Shown here: positions 61,538 through 64,000 of the stretch, piece by piece | How positions within the stretch are numbered: the first letter of the stretch is position 1 | Layout: each line of letters begins with the position of its first letter | NCBI GenBank assembly: GCA_963662655.2 | Contig: CAXXTU010000002.1 | Span: 288,001 to 352,000, forward strand | Reading direction: 5' to 3' | From: Candidatus Cloacimonadales bacterium | GTDB taxonomy: Bacteria; Cloacimonadota; Cloacimonadia; Cloacimonadales; JAIOQZ01 | Length of the DNA: 64,000 nucleotides | Notes under the pieces: generated by a model | What the model was told of the DNA's origin: nothing | The model's database searches: none | Seen by the model: only the letters and a program-made list of their open reading frames with translations | Program-made: the position numbers and the translations under genes

Positions 61538-64000
61538 AGATTGCTCCTCTGGCGATCGCCTTCTTCGGCGTACTCACTCACCTTCACAGGATCGCTTGTA
61601 AACGGGTCGAACTGAACAACGGTTGTCGAGCGAGATGTCCGAACCGCCTCGGTCAGTACCGCTATATCGGCGCGCATTGCGCGATACTCGTCGATGAGCA
61701 TACCAACAGCCAGCCCACCCGAGACAAGCCCACCATCGGCGAATCTGCCGCCCACGGTGGCAGGCACGGGGATCGAAGGAAACATCATGTTGCCGATCAC
61801 GGCTTTGACGGCACCCAATGGTGCATTGTTCACAAAATCGAAGAACCTTCGACCGAGTGCGGCCACCCGGCTCTTCCGGGTCACATGCTCACCGCCTTCG
61901 ACCTCGATCAGTTCGCCACCAAGCGCGTGGGAACGGCCCTTTACGAAGCCGCCAAGCGCGAATTTCTGTTTCTCGATCTGCGCGACATTTGCAAGCCCTG
62001 CCGCCGTTGCTGCAGCTGCCGCGATCGCACCGAGAATCGGGCCGAAATACGGAATGCCTGCCATCGATTTATAAGCGGCTGTAGCCGACGAATAGGTGTC
62101 GACCATCGCCTGCGCCATGGCCATAGCCTTCCACACCGCAAAGCCCTTTTTGCCGAATGCCTTGGCCGCCTTGGCAATGTCCCCGAGTGCTTTCGAAGAT
62201 CCCTGAACCGCGCGCTTGTTGTAGTTGTCCCGGATACGCTGTTTCGCAGCTTCTTTCTGCTCCTCGATCTGCTGTTCGGATATCCCGGCAGCCAGAAGCT
62301 TTGCTTTGCGATCTTCGTAAAATCGATCGACGGCATTCAGTTGAGCGTCGTAGGTGTTGCCTGCAAGCTCGAGCGTACGCTGTTCAAAGTCGTAGCGAGC
62401 TTCTTCCAGTTCTTCATCGTGCTCTTGCTTGAGAGCTTCCTGGTCTGCATCGTACTTTGCGTTGATTTGATCGAGCAATGCCTTTTCAGCCTTGAGCTCT
62501 CGAGCTTTGGCCAGGGCCGCTTCACGGGCGATCTTTATCTCTTTTTGCTTGCGCTCGTACTCATCTTCGATGAGCGCAAGCCCGAACGCCTGACGCATTT
62601 CTCTGAGCTCCATCAATCGCTGAAGCTCTTCTTCCGATTTCGATGAAGACGAGCCGGAACCGCCGCCAGTAGGCGTTACTGACGTGTCTGCTGCTGCTCC
62701 GGATTCTGCTGTCGATCCTCTCGCTGCATCGATCGCGGCCTTGGCAGCTTCCTTGGCAGCATTCCAGGTCTCTGCCGCTTTTGATCCCAGTCCATTGAAT
62801 TGATTGTACGCATCGCTGAAGTTGTTCTTGATGCTCGATGTGGCGTCCTTGAATCCATCGACGAAGCCTGTCTTGATGCGATCGAGCGCGCCCTTGTAGT
62901 TGCCTGAAACAATGTCCTCGAGGATAGCCCCGACGTTGCTGAAAACCTGTTTGACCACCTCATACATCGTGTACCAGGGAGCCGTTAGGGTCTTGAGCAT
63001 ACCCTTTCCGAAATCGAAGAGGAACAGCCCGAACGACTTGATGTAGTCCCATATAATTTGGATCGATGCAGTGGCATAGAGCTTGACCGCAGCCCAGGCA
63101 TTACTCCACCCGCCCAGTCGATTGACGACGACCAGAAGGGCCGCGCCGACAGCTACGATGATCGTGACGATCGTACCGATGGGATTGGACAGGATCGCTA
63201 CTTTCAGCGCGTTCCAGCTGAGTGTGTGCAAGGTCTGAATAATCGTGAACGCCTTGATGGCTGCTGCAGTGATCACAGACCATTTCTGATATAGGATGGT
63301 TGCGGCTGTGGCAGTTCCGATTACGGTTGCCAGCGCAAGCAGGATGTCCTTGTTTTTATCAACGAACTCGAAGAAGTTTGTTATTCCATCCAGAGCGGTT
63401 CCGACCGCAGGTGCAAGACGATCGACCAGTCCGACGACAATTTTATTGAAGGTGGCGACAAGGCGATCGGCCTGGAATCCAATTTTATCAATCCCTGTCT
63501 GCTCGTCGAATGCCTTCTGAGACGTTACCGCTTCATTGTACATGAAGGCGAGGTCTTCCGCCGCGACTTTCGCCTTATCTCCCGTGAGAGTCACAGTAAA
63601 AGCGTACGCTTCCTGGCTGCCGAGAAGTTCCTGGAGCTTCGTCGCCGATCCACCAGCCATTTCACGAACACGAGAAAGACCTTCCTGGAATGTCATCGAT
63701 GCTGTCCATCCATCGCCCAGCACCTTATTGAGCGCGAGAATCGTTCCGCGCATATAGCGTGTAGCGGTTGACGTCTCGTTACCGGCCTTTGTAAAGGTGG
63801 CCAGAGCCCCCATCACTTCCTCGATGGGGATGTTTGCGGAGGCTGCTGTTGATGCGACTTGACCTAAATTGTTTGCCAGGTCGGAGAAGTCTGTTTTTGC
63901 GCGTTCGACACCCCTGAAAGCAACGTTAAACACTCGCTCGGTTTCCTTGGATGACAAGTTCCAAGCGTTGAGGGCGTTTGTTCCGAAATTAATCGACTCT
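61534..64000 (-). CDS. phage tail tape measure protein (5' end outside window)
   Basis: TP901-like N-terminal segment, NPIG hydrophobic region, coiled coil, FALGGFV..G.SHA.GG..IEVEGGE. Frame stays open to the window edge. Confidence 0.92.
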   Translation of the reverse strand, partial: ESINFGTNALNAWNLSSKETERVFNVAFRGVERAKTDFSDLANNLGQVASTAASANIPIEEVMGALATFTKAGNETSTATRYMRGTILALNKVLGDGWTASMTFQEGLSRVREMAGGSATKLQELLGSQEAYAFTVTLTGDKAKVAAEDLAFMYNEAVTSQKAFDEQTGIDKIGFQADRLVATFNKIVVGLVDRLAPAVGTALDGITNFFEFVDKNKDILLALATVIGTATAATILYQKWSVITAAAIKAFTIIQTLHTLSWNALKVAILSNPIGTIVTIIVAVGAALLVVVNRLGGWSNAWAAVKLYATASIQIIWDYIKSFGLFLFDFGKGMLKTLTAPWYTMYEVVKQVFSNVGAILEDIVSGNYKGALDRIKTGFVDGFKDATSSIKNNFSDAYNQFNGLGSKAAETWNAAKEAAKAAIDAARGSTAESGAAADTSVTPTGGGSGSSSSKSEEELQRLMELREMRQAFGLALIEDEYERKQKEIKIAREAALAKARELKAEKALLDQINAKYDADQEALKQEHDEELEEARYDFEQRTLELAGNTYDAQLNAVDRFYEDRKAKLLAAGISEQQIEEQKEAAKQRIRDNYNKRAVQGSSKALGDIAKAAKAFGKKGFAVWKAMAMAQAMVDTYSSATAAYKSMAGIPYFGPILGAIAAAAATAAGLANVAQIEKQKFALGGFVKGRSHALGGELIEVEGGEHVTRKSRVAALGRRFFDFVNNAPLGAVKAVIGNMMFPSIPVPATVGGRFADGGLVSGGLAVGMLIDEYRAMRADIAVLTEAVRTSRSTTVVQFDPFTSDPVKVSEYAEEGDRQRSNL

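Larger units (their letters stand above)
56725..64000 (-). mobile_element. prophage tail module, one end of a probable transposable prophage
   Basis: Tightly coupled minus-strand tape-measure/tail genes ending in a repeat array beside tRNA-Arg. Confidence 0.85.

Overview
Bacterial chromosome segment, ~50% GC, most likely Cloacimonadota/FCB group (inferred from 'NYPNPFNP...KLMLLK' C-terminal domains). Most of the window is housekeeping or envelope genes: an M42 peptidase, htpG with a CIRCE-like site, mltD-rimI-nadB-tmk plus two C-terminal proteases, a SNF2 helicase, and tilS-hpt-ftsH-hslVU. A six-gene minus-strand cluster couples two-component signalling to a probable GT2 polysaccharide synthase and export machinery. 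The most unusual signal is that both tRNA genes, Pro-GGG at 23370 and Arg-CCG at 56641, have the same downstream layout: stacked T(G/A)TAAAGTG(A/T)CA termini, an array of ~20-bp transposase-binding-like repeats, a terminator, and minus-strand phage tail genes pointing at the tRNA. I infer a family of tRNA-targeting transposable prophages. One copy has decayed into an island with IS3 scars and two disrupted surface-protein genes (one broken at a G11 tract). The other runs off the right edge inside its tape-measure gene. No transposase, integrase or cas gene for these elements lies in the window, so the mechanism is a hypothesis. All family calls come from motif recognition, not database searches.
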